The notes: generated from the letters alone by a model not told the origin. 64,000 nucleotides of DNA from the human T2T-CHM13v2.0 reference genome, Homo sapiens (GCF_009914755.1 NC_060943.1), one strand, 5' to 3'; shown: positions 38,104 through 60,652, counted from the stretch's first letter. Translations and numbers: made by a program.

Positions 38104-38468
38104 CTGTGGGGCAGAGAGGGGCCGCTTACACTCACGCTCACACCTGCCTGCCCTTCCCAAGCCCCTGAATGCCCTGTGTGGCCTGGCAGCCCTGAGCCCC
38201 TGCCTGTGAGTGGGAGGAGCTGGCAGGACTGAGGTGGCCTCCCTGACCATCCACAGAGACTGAGTCCCCATCACCCCCCCGACCCAAGCACGAACAGGGC
38301 AGGAACCCGGGTCCAAGTCCTCAAATCCACACCTCACTCCTCGTCCTGAACACCCAGAGATGGGGATTCCTTGTGAAAAACAGAAAGCACAAATGCACTT
38401 TGGGAGGTGTGGAGGGAAGGGGGAACCCCCAGGAGCGTGGCCTGTGCCTGCCCGGCCTTTCTTTATCA

Positions 38469-38966
<498 letters not shown>

Positions 38967-38980
38967 TCACGGGCTCCTAC

Positions 38981-39043
38981 CTGGTGAAGGGCGCCGTGGG
39001 GCTCCGCAGCCTCTGTCTCAGTTTCAGCAGCATCCACAGGGAC
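38981..39043 (-). CDS. PEX11G: PEX11G exon 4 (RSLWMLLKLRQRLRSPTAPFT)
   Basis: ctgcag| acceptor, AG|gtagga donor; phase 2-2. Confidence 0.92.
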
Positions 39044-39814
39044 CTGCAGCACCAGAGCCCGAGGGAGGATGCCCCGGCGGGGAGCAGGAGGGTTAGCTCC
39101 ACAACGCTGGCCCCGGACATACAGTCTGGGACAGGTGCTGCATCTCGGATAAACGGCCTGCCCTCTCCCTGCCCCCACAGTCCCACACCCTCCTGGCTGT
39201 GCCTCATGCTCCCGGGGACTCATCTCTAACACGGCCCCGTCCCACCCGGGACATCGTCCTGCACTTCTGACGTGGCCATCCAGGGCCTGGCCCAGCCTCT
39301 GCAAACCACTGGCAAGTGCTCAAAGGAACATCAAGCCCCGTGAGGTGTTCACAGCCTGGCAGGGAGTCCTACACAGAAAAGGATGCCAAGAGGCCCGCAG
39401 TTGGACAGGCGTGGGGACGCCGTTTCCCCTCCGGGCCTCAGCTGCCTTGTCTGCTCTGTGTGGAAAGGTCCAAATCAGTGCCATGCCAGCACCCCCTGCA
39501 CACACACCCCGGACATTGGCTGGACCTGTCTGGATGATCCCCTGGGCCCCCAGGGCTGGCATCTGCAGGCTGAGGAAGGGGCTACCCAGTGGGCAGCCTC
39601 TGTGCTCCCAGCAGGCTCTGCAGCCGTGCATGGCACCCACCCGGGCCAGTCCACCAGGCACCTGCACTCTCCAGCCTCGGCCGTGGGGTGTGCCGGGTTG
39701 TGACTGTGACAGAATGGGCAGGGCCTGGTCACAACTCCTCTGGCCACTGGGTACCCAGGGTGCAGGATGCAGGATAGCGCCAGTGGCACAGCAGGTGGGA
39801 GCCTCCTGGGGGGC

Positions 39815-40296
<482 letters not shown>

Positions 40297-40766
40297 TCAC
40301 TGCAAATCCAGAGAAATGATGAAAAACCACATGCCCGAAACAAGAATGCCGCAGCAGGCGGGGCACACAGGACTTCGATGGCCGTGAAACAATTCCATTT
40401 GATTCTGCAAGGGGGGACACGTGTCAGTGTCCAAACCCATAGGATGCCCAAAACCTAGCGTGAACCCTAACGTGAGCTACTCACTTGGGGTGATGATGGA
40501 TCCATGGAGGGGCATCAGTTGTAACAAATGCACCATGTGGATGCTGCCAGTAGTCGGGGAGGCTGTGTGTGGGGGTATATGGGAGCTCTCTGAACGTTAT
40601 GCTCAATTTTGCCATGAGCCTAAAACTGCTCTAAAAAAATAAAGTCTGGGCCGGGAGTGGTGGCTCACGCCTATAATTCCAGCACTTAGGGAGGCCAAGG
40701 CAAGTGGATCACCTGAGCCCAGGAGTTGGAGACCAGTCTGGGCAACATGGCAAAACCGTGTCTCTA

Positions 40767-40931
<165 letters not shown>

Positions 40932-41764
40932 TTATTTAAGCAAAAAAGAAAGGAACCAAGGCTGCCCCTAAAATACAAACCAGAGGTCACGAGGCACCCA
41001 GAGGAAGGTGGCGGAAGAGAGGCTGTGAGCCAAGGCCCCCCTCTGACCGGAGCCCCAGGAACATCCAGGCTGGGCCCAGGCACCCTCCCCCAGGTCTCCC
41101 AGCACACAGGGAAGGCCAGCAGCACAGACACCGCTGCCTCCAGGGGCCATGGCCATGAAACATGACCCTTTTGAGACAGCCAAAATGCACAGGCAGGGTA
41201 TTAGGTCAAAGGCTGGAAAAGAACCACCCAAGCTTGAACAGTGGGAGTCTGGGTTGGATTGTGGGTAATTCGAATCTTCTACTCTGAGGTTTATCTATTT
41301 TCCAGATTGTCTACGGTAAGCATGTAATTAGGACATCTGTGCCGGGGGGAAAACAAGAACTACTGAGAGTCAGAGCCTCGACCAGGGACAAGCAAAGCTT
41401 CCCCCAGAAAAAGGACACAGCCTGCCTGAGGCTGGGGGCAGCCGCACCTCACCCCAGCGATCTAAGAGCCCTTCACAGCCACTGAAACATGGAGACCAGG
41501 GGGCCCAGCTCCTGCTGGTGTTTTCAGGGGCAGGGGATTCTGACTCAGCGCATTTGCAAAGAGGAAAATGTTTGGGAGGAAACCATTACTAGAAAGTTCT
41601 AGAAACTATATGGTTTTTTGGAGGCACAGAACTAGTCAGGAAACTGCTGACTGTTTTCTCTGGGGTGTCGGCTGACAGCAACGCCAGCAAGACTCAGGGA
41701 CCCGGGTAAAGGCCACTCCGCTGGCTGCTTCTCACAGGCCCTGGAGTTACTTCTTCTTTCTAAG

Positions 41765-42540
<776 letters not shown>

Positions 42541-42699
42541 CCCACAAAAGGAAGAAACAACAAAACCTCCAAGGAAAACTCTAAGAGGCAAAGACCCACC
42601 GCAGTCTGAAGCCTGTGCTGTTGCTGGGGCCGCTGCCACTTTGCTAAGGAGGCACCGCCCAGGGACCTTGGGTGCTCCCTTCTGGCCCATGCCACTTAC

Positions 42700-42878
42700 C
42701 TGGCAACCCCCAGGAGCAGAGAGAGGGCCCACAGGGTTGTACTCAGCGTCCACCACCGAGAAGAGTCCACGTGGAGGACCCGGGCATCAGCCGCCCAGGC
42801 CACGTGCTCACAGGGGTAGTAGAGCTGGTCAGCCAGGTTCCCTAGGACGGAGACACAGCGGACAAAGGCGTCCTCCTC
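42700..42878 (-). CDS. PEX11G: PEX11G exon 3 (EEDAFVRCVSVLGNLADQLYYPCEHVAWAAD...LLLGVAR)
   Basis: ctgcag| acceptor, AG|gtaagt donor. Confidence 0.95.
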
Positions 42879-45800
42879 CTGCAGGACCAGGAGCAGAGGG
42901 GGCCTAGGGTCAGACTTACCCACTGCCCATTTTAGCACCGTAGCCATGCCAGGTGGCAGAGAGCTATTTCCTGACCCCAGTCCCTGGGCCGTGTCCAGGC
43001 CTGGCAGGCCCCGCGGGAGAAAGGCTCTGGGGCTGGGGTCCCCGCACAGGCCTGATTTCTGTGTCTCGGCAGCACGGTGCTCAGTGCCCCTTGGAGGGAG
43101 GCTCTCAACGCAGCTGTGCAGTGCAGTCCTCTGCAGAGCTTCAAAAACCCCATGCCCAATGCCAGCCGTGAGGATTCTGCCTCACTCAGCCTGGGGCAGG
43201 CCCCAGTACCGGGAATTTTCACAGGGAATTTTCACATTCCCAGGGGATTCCCAGGCCAAGTTGGGAGCCCTGTGTCAGAGCCTTCCTTCCCAAAGGCTTC
43301 CAGTTCCTGCACAGGTGGGGACCTCTGTTGCCAGACTCTATGCAGGGAGCATGAGGTGGCCCGCAGCGAACCCTGACCAGGCTGAGATGGTGTGCCAACC
43401 CTTGGGCCACCGCACGCCCACTGCTGACCACGCGCCAGGCACAGTGCGGCAAGGCTCATGGCCTCCCTCAACTCCGAGCAAGTTACAGACGGCCACGCTG
43501 AGGCTCTCAGGGAAAGCCGCTGGCCCCCAGTTCCGGCAGGGATGGGCCTCCAGGCCCTCGAATTGCAATGCACACGCGGGCTCTCGGTCCTGCACAGTGC
43601 CCATACCCTCTGCCCCAAGTTCTTAATCACACGGCCTAGAGCCAGCGAGGCAGGACCAGTTGAGGCTGTAGAAACCAGCGCTGAAGCCTGGTTTCTGGGA
43701 CTGGAGCCCCGCAGCCAACCGGGGGACCCGCCCCCTTGGGACCCCACCCCCCTTGGGACCCCGCCCACCGTGACCCCGCCCCATCGGAGCCCCGCCCCCT
43801 CTACCTTTATCCTCCTTGTTACCTGCCACACCCTTCCCCTCCTCTCTGACTTCCCAGGAAGCTCCTCCCCGCCCCCACCGCTGATTCCAGATGCTGCTCT
43901 CCTTCTTTCTGGCCAGTCATGATCCTACCTCCCTCCGGGCTCTGAACCTCACTCCAGCTTCCCTCATCTGCCTGGCGCGTCCTGGCACATTGCCCACCTC
44001 CCTGAGGATGGCGGACCCCGCCCCAATGTGCTCATTCCGCCCGGATTTCCTGAGAAGCGGCAGGGTCCAGGCTAGACTCTGGGGAGGGGCAGAGGCTCAC
44101 CAGGGCAGGGAGGAACGCAGACATATAAACCGGGAACCCAACAAACAGGGCTCTTGTTCTGGCCAAGGGACACTCGAGGTGCAAGGGCCTCCACCCCTTG
44201 CCTGAGGGCTCTTCCACAGAGGGCATAGAGGAACGAGGGGTCTCAGGGATGCACCAGAGCGCTGTCCTAATCAGACACGGAGGAGGAGGATGCTATAGGT
44301 GTCAAAACAGGAAGGCGGCCCACAGCAACACTTATGATATAGGATGATCAGGCCAAGGACACGTGGTGCTGAACACGGTGGGGTTGGGATTTCGGGGCGG
44401 GGAGCACCTGAGTAGCAAGTGGCTCAGAGAGGTGATCCCTGGGAGGACAGAGAGAACAGACAGGGCAGCCCAGGGAGGGGCAGGACGCTGAGAGGCTGGC
44501 CCACGCAGCCTCTGAGATCATCCCGTGGGGGGCAAGATGGCTCTCTAGATAGGCTGGCACGCCTGTGGGACGCCGCAGGGACAAGGCTACTCTCTGCAGC
44601 ACTGTCGCAATAGCAAAACCTTAGAAATCATTGCCCTGTGCGTCAACCAGAGGCCAATTAAATAAATCCGAAGCTGCATAGCAGAGCACTATGTGGTCCT
44701 GAGAACGCAGCTCTTTCTAGACCGATAAGAAATGATCTGTGGCCAGGCGCGGTGGCTCACGCCTGTCATCCTAGCACTTTGGGAGGCGGGGCAGGTGGAT
44801 CACTTGAGCCCAGGAGTTCAAGGCCAGCCTGGGTAACATGGCAAAACCCTGTCTCTACAAAAGATACAAAAAATTAACCAGGTGTGGTGGTGCACCTGCA
44901 GTCCCAGCTATTCCGGAGGCTGAGGTAGGAGGATCACCTGAGCCCGGGAAGTCAAGGCTGCAGCGAGCCATGATCACGCCACTGTACTCCAGGCTGAGTG
45001 ACAGAGTGAGACCCTGTCTCCAAAAAAAAAGAAAGATAAAGAAATGATGCCGAAGCTGTACCGTTAAGTGAAAAAAGCACTGTTTATGTAAACCATATGT
45101 ATTTGCCTATGCGAGTACAGGAAATCTCACAAAGGAGACACAAGAAGCTGACCACAGGGCCGGGCACGGTGGCGCACACCTGTAATCCCAGCAGTTTGGG
45201 AGGCTGAGGCAGGTGGATCACTTGAGGTCAAGAGTTCGAGACTAGCCTGGCCAACATGACAAAACCCCGTCTCTACTAAAAATACAAAAATTAGCCAGGC
45301 ATGGTGGGGGGTGCCTGTAATCCCAGCTACGTGAGGGGCTGAGGCAGAAAAATCATTTGAATCCCGGAGGCAGAGGTTGCAGTGAGCCGAGATCACGCCA
45401 CTGCACTCCATCCTGAGTGACAGAGTGAGACCTTGTCTCAAAAAAAAAAAAAGAAGCTGACCACAGTGGCTGCCTCTGTGGGGAAAAATTGGAGGCCTGG
45501 AAGATCAGGAAGGAGGGAGGTTTTTTAAAATTATATCCTCCTTTGGAATGTGTGAACGTTTGCTATTTTTAAAAATTTAAATCAAAATGAGAACATCTGA
45601 TCCTCTCAAAGAAGAAAGTGAAATTTTTAAAAGTAATAAACTACCCACGCAGGGAGCACTTTGGGACAAGACTATAAAACGCCCATGGTGGCTCACGCCT
45701 GCCATCCCAGCACTCAGGGAGGCTAAGGCGGGAGGACCACCTGAGCCCAGGAGTTCAAGGCTGCAGTGAGCTATGGTCACTCCACTGCACTCCAGCCTGT

Positions 45801-45942
45801 ATGACAAAGCAAGACCCTGTCTATAAAAAAAATTTTTTTTGTTTGTTTTATTTGAGATGGAGTCTCGCTCCATTGCCCAGGCTGCCAGTGCAGTGGCACA
45901 ATTCTCGGCTCATGGCAACCTCCACCTCCCAGGTTCAAGTGA

Positions 45943-46202
<260 letters not shown>

Positions 46203-46504
46203 TAGTAGAGACGGGGTTTCACTGTGTTAGCCAGGACGGTCTCCATCTCCTGACCTCGTGATCCGCTCGCCTCAGCCTCCCAAAGTGCTGGGATTACAGG
46301 CATGAGCCACTGCACCCAGCCGAGACAGGGTTTTACCATGTTGGCCTGGCTGGTCTCGAACTCCTGACCTCATGATCCGCCAGCCTTGGCCTCACAAAGT
46401 GCTGGGATTACAAGCATGAGCCACTGTGAGGGGCCAAAAAATTTTTTAAAAAATGTCCACTCAGGTCCGCACCCTACTCCCTAGAGCCCCACAAACCCTG
46501 TTAC

Positions 46505-47087
<583 letters not shown>

Positions 47088-47228
47088 TGACCCAAGAGTT
47101 TGGAAGATTCTAAATCTACAAAGTGACAGTAAAAGCTGAAAGTTTAGGTGGGGCACAGTGGCTCACACCTGTAACCCCAGCACTTTGAGAAACCGAGGTG
47201 AGAGGATGCCTTCACACCAGGAGTTTGA

Positions 47229-47471
<243 letters not shown>

Positions 47472-49184
47472 TAGCCAGGATGGTCTTGATCTCCTGACCT
47501 CATGATCCACCCGCCTCGGCCTCCCAAAGTGCTGGGATTACAGGCGTAAGCCACCGCGCCTGGCTACCAAAAATTTTTTTAAGTTAACAGGGCATGGTGG
47601 TTACTTGGGAGGCTGATGCTGGAGGATCACTTGAGCCCAGGAGTTCCAGACTGTAGTGAGCTGTAATCGTGCTACTACACTCCAGCCTGGGCAACAGGGC
47701 GAGACCCTGTCTAAAAAAAGAAAAAGAAAAAGAAAAAAAAAGCTGGAAGTTTAAAAACATACTTGGAGGTGGGACAAATGAAGAAACATGACATCATTGA
47801 TGTAACTGAAGGGCACAGCCTTTGGGAACAGATGTGACAGGAACAAAGAAAACAAAGCTCCTTACTTCCCACCTCCTAGGTCCTTCTTTTCCCAGGTGGC
47901 AGGAAGCCACAGCTAAAGTGTATATTTACATCTACCTGCCTGGACCAAAGCCTTTGGATGTGCTGAATGGTGGGCACAGGTGATCAGGCCTCAACCCAGT
48001 GAACAACAGGATAATTTGGTAGAATTACTTTAGAGAGAAAGAACCTACTCAGTAGGTGATGTGGAGCCTTCTGAAATAGGTCATCTTCACTACTCAGATC
48101 TTTTTTCTTTTGGAGACAGAGTCTTGCTCTGCTCCCCAGGCTCGAGTGCAAAGGTGTGAGCTCACTGCAACCTCTGCATCCCAGGTTCAAGCAATTCTCC
48201 CGCCTCAGCCTTCCAAGTAGCTGGGACTACAGGCACGCACCACCACATCCGGCTAATTTTTGTATTTTAGTAGAGACGAGGTTTCATCACTTTTCCCAGG
48301 CTGGTCTCAAACTCCTGAGCTCAGACAATCCACCCAGCTCAGCCTCCCAAAGTGCTAGGATCACAGGCGCGAGCCACCACGCCTGGCCTCCCTTATATCT
48401 TTATTTTACCTGCTTTTCAGAAATTGCTTGTTCCTGTTGTTTTATTTATTTTTACTTGTAATTCCTTTCCAGCCCCATTATAATGGCAAAACACTGCAAT
48501 CTGAATGTTCAACTCGGGGGAGATTTGTTAACCCACCCCCCCAATCATAAGATATTTGAATGGAATCTAAATGCCTAGCCACCAGTACACCGCCTGGTAC
48601 AACCTGAATGTCTACCTATAAGAGACTGGTGGGGACAAGCTAAGAGTCCAGACTCAGGGGCATGGATGGCATAACCTAAATGTTCAACCATATGGGACTT
48701 GATTGGAACTAAAAACTGTCCAGCCATAGGGAGAGTCTTGCAATATCCTAAATCCCCACATGAGATTGTTTGGGACAACCCAGGGACCAACTACAGTGGC
48801 CCGGTCAGATCCTAAATGTCCAAACATGGGAATCTGTTTGGTATGTAAACGTCCAGCCAGGCTGGGTTGGCAGAGACGATCTAAATGACCAACTGGGGTT
48901 TTGTTGGAACCCATCGCTGCTTAGGCATGGCAGGGCCCAGGCCATGGCGTGTTCTTTGGTCTAGGTTGGCTGAAACAACCTAAATGCCCAACTATAGGGA
49001 ATCTGGTTGGAAGTGAATGTCCAGCCACAGGGGAGCCCTGCAACATCCCAAATCCCAACACGAGATTGTTCAGGACAACTTCAGTGGCCTGGTCGGATCC
49101 AAAACGTCCAAACACGGGAATCTGGCCAGTGTGTCAATGTCCAGACAGGTTGGGTTGGCAGAAACTATCTAAATGTCCAACGCT

Positions 49185-49830
<646 letters not shown>

Positions 49831-50299
49831 GAGTTTGCAGAGGTGGGGCCGACACGTGTGTGCTCTCCAGGCCTGCAGACCCTGGATCATCCTCGGAGTT
49901 TGCTGCATTCTGCCCCACGGCGGTTTGGCCAACTACCCACGCACAAAAAAATATATTTCTAAGTTTAACCAACTACCCACACGCTCCAAAAATATTCCAA
50001 GCAAAACCACCAACCTGTTCGCAGTGGTTCAAGGAGAGATTTTCCTTTTTAGTTTTTGTGCTTCACCTTTTCTGCACTGTCTGCCTGCCCGTAGTGAGCA
50101 GGAATGACTGCTGTAATATCACAACAAGGCATCTTTCGACGTTAAGGAAAGACGTTATCTTTGGACGTTAAGAATTGTTCTAGAATACATAAATAAAAAA
50201 TAAAAATGCACAATTCAGTGACATTAGTACATGCACATGTTGGACAACCATCACCCCTTGCTAGTTTCGGGGTATTTTTATCACCCCCAAGAGAGACCC

Positions 50300-53420
<3,121 letters not shown>

Positions 53421-53835
53421 GTTTTCTTTCACAGAATATTTCCTCTTGATTTCAACTCTTGTTACTCTTCTCCTGCATTGCTTTCCTCCTGTTGTTTAAA
53501 GTTACAGCAGATTCCTGCCTCAGGAACTTTGCATGTTCTGTTTCCTCTGCAGAAATGTTCTTGAGCCAGATACCAACGTGGCTCCCTCCTTCCCTAACTT
53601 CCTTTACTCGAATGTCATCCTCTCACGGGACCCACCCGATCACACCCTCCTGGACACTTCCTACCCATGTTACCTGCTGGTGACCTGTCTTGTTCATGGC
53701 TATATCCGCACAGCCTGGCAGAAAACAGAGAATCTGTTTTGTAAGTTTCACTGCCCTGTCCAAAGATCTCTTCTTGTGCTCCAAGGGAGCATGGAACACA
53801 AGGGGGCACAAGAAAGGCCTTGTCCACTCCTGTGA

Positions 53836-54392
<557 letters not shown>

Positions 54393-54400
54393 TGAGCTCA

Positions 54401-54568
<168 letters not shown>

Positions 54569-55624
54569 TCACTCTTTTTTTTTTTTTTTAGAGTCAGAGT
54601 CTCGCTCTGTCACCCAGGCTGGAATACAGTGGTATGATCTTAGCTCACTGCAACCTCTGCCTCTGGGTTCAAGTGATTCTCCTGCCTCAGCCTCCCAAGT
54701 AGCTAGGATTACAGGCACCCACCACCACGCCCAGCTAATTTTTGTATTTTTAGTAGAGATGGGGTTTTGCCCTGTTGGCCAGGCTGGTCTCGAACTCCTG
54801 ACCTTGGGGAATCCTCCCATCTCAGCCTCCTAAAGTGCTGGGATTACAGGCATGAGCCACTGCGCCCAGCCACGGGGTCACTGTTTTCACAGCAGAAAAA
54901 TTGAAGCCAAGCCAGCTGCAGTGGCCTGTGCCTGTGGTCCCAGCTACTCAGGAGTCTGAGGCACGAGAATCGATTGAATCCAGGAGGTGGAGGTTGCAGT
55001 GAACCGAGATCACGCCACTGCACTCCAGCCTGGGCGTCAGCAAGACCCATCTCTAAAAAAGTAAAACAAAAAAAAATCCAAAGCCAAGGTCCAGACATGC
55101 AGAGGAAAGAGGTCACTGGCCGCAAAGCCTGCTGCTGCATGAATAAGCAGATCCCTCCTCTCAGGCCCAAGAGCCTTGGAACAGCACAATGCATTTGCCC
55201 GAATGCTTCCTGTGTGCCGGGTCCCGCTCTAGGCAACAGAGATACAGCAGTGAGCTTTGCAGACACAGCCCAGCCCTCCCAGCGTCCCCCATCTGGCTAG
55301 GTCTGAGCTCGACCTTTGAAAAAGACACAGGAGCTGGCCTGGTGTTCACAGCTGGCCTTGGTGTCGCTAGGAGCTGGCCTGGCAGTCAAAGCAGGGCCCT
55401 GGTGTCCTCCTGCTGGACATAAACAATCTCACATGACGCCGACATCAGACAAGGCCACTCTGTGACCGCGGCAGAGCAAGACAAAACAAGCCTGCTCCAT
55501 AATCATGTCTGAACACAGGCAAAACACGAACACTGTCCACACTATCAGAGTAACTGGACCTCCTCTGCTACTAGCTAATACCAGCAACGGCTGTTCCTTA
55601 CCAAGCACAGCTTTAGTCTTCTGA

Positions 55625-55985
55625 CTTCTTTCTTTCTTTCTTTCCTTCCTTCCTTCCCTCCTTCCCCTCCCTCCCTCCTTCCTTCCTTCTTCCTTCCTTT
55701 CCCTCCCTCCCTGCTTCCTTCCCTCCTTCTCTCCCTCCCTCCTTCCCTCCTTCTTTCCTTCTTCCTTCCTTTCCCTCCCTTCCTCCCTCCTTCCTTCCCT
55801 TCGTCCTTCCTTCCTTCCTTCCAGCTCCCAGCTTCCCTGGAGCTCTAAGGAGGCAGGATTTGCACAAAAAACAAAACCGTGCCCCCAAAACACCTAACAG
55901 AACTGCAGATCCCAAATCCCTCCCTCCCTCCCTCCCTCCCTCGCTCCCTCCCTTCCTTCCTTCCCTCCCTCTCTCCTTCCTTCCT
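55625..55985. repeat. (CCTT/CCCT)n polypyrimidine tracts split by a ~90-bp island
   Basis: Directly visible. Confidence 0.9.
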
Positions 55986-56324
55986 TCTGACTTCTTCATA
56001 CAGATGATTAAGATGCTGAATAATAGTTACTTCTCTCCCTAGCTGCTCTTTTGTTTTGTGTTGTTTCTGAGACAGAGTCTCACTCTGTCACCCAGGCTGG
56101 AGTGCAGTGGCGGAATCATAGCTCACTGCACCCTCACTGCAACCTCAATGTCCTGGGTTCAAGAAATCTTCCCACCTTAGCCTCCCAAGTAGCTGGGACT
56201 ATAGGCACGCACCACCGCACCTGGCTTTTTAATTTTTTATAGAGATAGGGTCTCACTGTGTTGCCCAGGCTGGTCTCAAACACCTGGGCTCAAGCAGTCC
56301 TCCCGCTTCAGCCTCTCAAAGTGA

Positions 56325-56901
<577 letters not shown>

Positions 56902-58199
56902 TGATCCACCCACCTTGGCCTCCCAAAGTGCTGGGATTACAGGCGTGAGCCACCACACCAAGCCACAACAGCCCTTTTCTGGACGGTACTTTGGGAGGCT
57001 GAGATTACAAATGTGAGCCACCATGCCTCACCTGTGTGTTGTTTTTATTTGTTTTTATCTGCTCATCTCAAAAAAGAAAGTAAAATTTCCAACCAATAAA
57101 TTCATCCCACCCAAATCCCCTACTTCCTTAAGCTGTGCCCCCAAAACACCGAGCAGAATTGCAAATCCCATAATAAGTGCTTTCTGGCCGGGCGTGGTGG
57201 CTCACGCCTATAATCCCAGCACTTCGGGAGACTGAAGCGAGCGGATCACCCGAGGTCAGCAATTCGAAACCAGCCTGACCAACATGGAAAAACCCCATCT
57301 CTACTAAAAATACAAAATTAGCTGGGTGTGGTGGCACATGCCTATAATCCCAGCTACTCGGGAGCCTGAGGCAGGAGAATCACTTGAAGCCGGAGGTTGC
57401 GATGAGCTGAGATCGTGCCACTGCACCCCAGCCTGGGCAACAAGAGCAAAACTCCATCTCAAATAAATAAATAAATAAATAAATAGCGAAAAAAAGTTCT
57501 TTCTAACACCTCCCTACTGAGACCGCCATAGTGCCCTATGACATGTATGAGCTCTCTCTCCCTCTCTCTTTCTTTCTCTCTCTCTCTCTGATGAATAATA
57601 AGCTTGAATGTGTTCAATCACAGGTACATTCCTGGTGGTCTTTGACTGGGGAAGGAGGGGTGACCGGCCCCTTTAAAGGGAGATCTGTGAGCCCTAGAAT
57701 AATATCAAGAGGTGCAGTGATTCAGGGAAGTGGGTCCATTCTGTGTGGGGTGTGTAGAAGGTAGAGGGACAGAAAAACTTTAGAGGATGATAATAATAAT
57801 GGACACCAGCAGCCTATTTAATCAAATCCTCAATACTGACACTGCTTTCTGAACTGGCTACCATCATTAGTCCCCTTTTGCAGATGACAAAACCTAAGTC
57901 CTAGCCAGGCATGGTGGCACACACCTGTGGACCCACCCACTTGGGAGGCTGAGGCGAGAGGATCGCTTGAGCCCAGGACTTCAAGTCCAGCCTGGGCAAC
58001 ATAGCGAGAGCTTACCTCAAAAACAAAACCAACCGAACAAAACCCCAGAGGCTCCAAAAAGTCAATTACTTGCCTGGGTTCCTGGAGCTCTAAGGAGGCA
58101 GTATTCGCACCAAGCCTGCCTGCTAATTTTCCTCCCGGCTGCCCCTAGAGGTGCTGAGTGGTCATTGTGACAGTATCATTACACAAAGGAAGCTCTTGG

Positions 58200-58359
58200 G
58201 GTCACAATGCGCAGGGCTGGACCACCCTTGGATGCAGCCTGGGAAGGAACATGAACATGAGGGTCCTCTGAGAGACCAGGGACAGAGGGAGACCCAAAGA
58301 TCTGGTCTGTAGCTAAGTGAATTTTCTAAAACTCATTGATTCACACGCCATCCCTTGAG
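58200..58359 (+). other. TEX45: Candidate non-coding first exon of TEX45 (5' boundary unknown)
   Basis: The coding exon has an acceptor, so an upstream exon is needed; non-repeat segment ending in GAG|gtaggt donor. Tentative. Confidence 0.3.
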
Positions 58360-58832
58360 GTAGGTGCACTGTCCTCGTCCCTGATGTACAGAGGTGAAAA
58401 CTGAGGCTCATGGGAGCTTAATGACTTATTCCAAGATTACCTGGCTAGTAGTCTCAGTTGTTGGATTCTCTGATGACCCATTTTGGAGGTCATATTCAAC
58501 TCTCAACTATTGCAGGGGGCAAATGATTCAAAAAGCAGCAAACTCAGCCAGGCGCGGTGGCTCATGCCTGTAATCCCAGCATTTTGGGAGGCCGAGGAGG
58601 GTGGATCACCTGAGGCTAGGAGTTCGAGACCAGGCTGGCCAACATGGCGAAACCCCGTCTCTACTAAAAATACAAAAATTGGCCGGGCGTGGTGGCGGAC
58701 ACCTACAGTCCCAGCTACTCTGGAGGCTGAGGTGGGAGAATCGCTTGAATCCAGGAGGAAGAGGTTGCAGTGAGCTGAGAAAAAAAAAAAAGCAACAAAC
58801 TTACACACTGAAAAACTGTGGTTTCATTAAAA

Positions 58833-58840
58833 CACACACA

Positions 58841-58880
<40 letters not shown>
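58833..58880. repeat. (CA)n microsatellite
   Basis: Directly visible. Confidence 0.95.
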
Positions 58881-58883
<3 letters not shown>

Positions 58884-59095
58884 CATCCATGTTTTCTTTC
58901 TATTTTTGTGATGGGGTTTCGCTCTGTCACCCAGGCTGGAGTGCGGTAGCGTGGTCTCGGATCACTGCAACCTCTGCCACCCAGGTTCAAGCGGTTCTCC
59001 CGCCTCAGCCTTCTGAGTAGCTGGGATGACAGGTGCATACCACCATGCCCAGCTAATTTTTGTATTTTTTTCTTTTTTTTTTTTTTTTTTTTTGA

Positions 59096-59236
<141 letters not shown>

Positions 59237-59621
59237 TGACTAATTTTGTATTTTTAGTAGAGATGGGGTTTCTCCATGTTGGTCAGGCTGGTCTTGAACT
59301 CCGACCTCAGGAGATCTGCCCACCTCGGCCTCCCAAAGTGCTGGGATTATAGGCCTGAGCCACTGCACCCGTCTGATCCATGTTTTCTAAATAGGTAGAG
59401 GTAAGCAGGTTTTGTGGGTTGAAGTGATCTGGGAGGTCTTCCTGCAAGAGGTGAGCCTGAGAACTTGGAATGCTGGTCTCCAAGGGAGACAGAGAGGAGA
59501 GCATGGGAGACACTTGTGATCTAAGCAAAGGCAAGAAAGTCCCAGGTGACTGAGCAGAGGCGGAGGGTCAGGGGAGGCTTGGAGTCTGAAGCTGAAGGTC
59601 AGAGGAGAGAGCTAACTCTCA

Positions 59622-59987
<366 letters not shown>

Positions 59988-60610
59988 TCACAAAAAGAAA
60001 AGGAAAGAAAGAAAGAGAGAGAAGGTAGGGAAGTGAAAGGAGCGGAGGGGAGGGGGGAGGGGAGGGGGAGGGGGAGAGAAGGGAGAAAAAGTGTGGCAGA
60101 AACGGAGATGGCCAGTGGCTGGGGTGCAGGGCTGGAGTTAGGCAGAGGAACAAAAATGGGTCCCCCAGAGGGGAAGAAGGAGAAAACCGTGGCCTTGACA
60201 ACTGACTGAGGGTGAGAAGACGCGGTTCTTGTATCAGACATACAGTAGAATGCAGTGGTTAATTCTCCAAGTTCTAGAATCAGAGTCGCCCTGGGTTCAA
60301 ATCTCAAGCAAATGACCACCTCCCTGAGCCTCAATGTCTTTTGTGAAGCAGTGGTTAAAACCTACCCTTGGCCAGGCATGGTGGCTAACACCTGTAATCC
60401 CAGCACTTTGGGAGGCTGAGGCAGAAGGGTTGCTTGAGCCCAGGAGTTTGAGACCAGCCTGAGCAACATAGCCAGACCCCTGTCTCTAAAAAAAAAAATA
60501 GAAAGAATTAGCCATGCATGGTGGTGCACACCTATAGTCCCAGATGCTCAGAAGACTGAGGTGAGAGGACCGTTTGAGCCCAAGAGGTTGAGCCCACCAC
60601 ACTTGTCTAA

Positions 60611-60612
<2 letters not shown>

Positions 60613-60652
<40 letters not shown>

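Noticed and set aside
55429-55999. E/G/R/K-rich ORFs on the - strand
   Set aside because: Translations of (GGAA)n simple repeats
58138-58158. CTCF-like CCCCTAGAGGTGC
   Set aside because: Core spacing departs from the consensus; too weak to call
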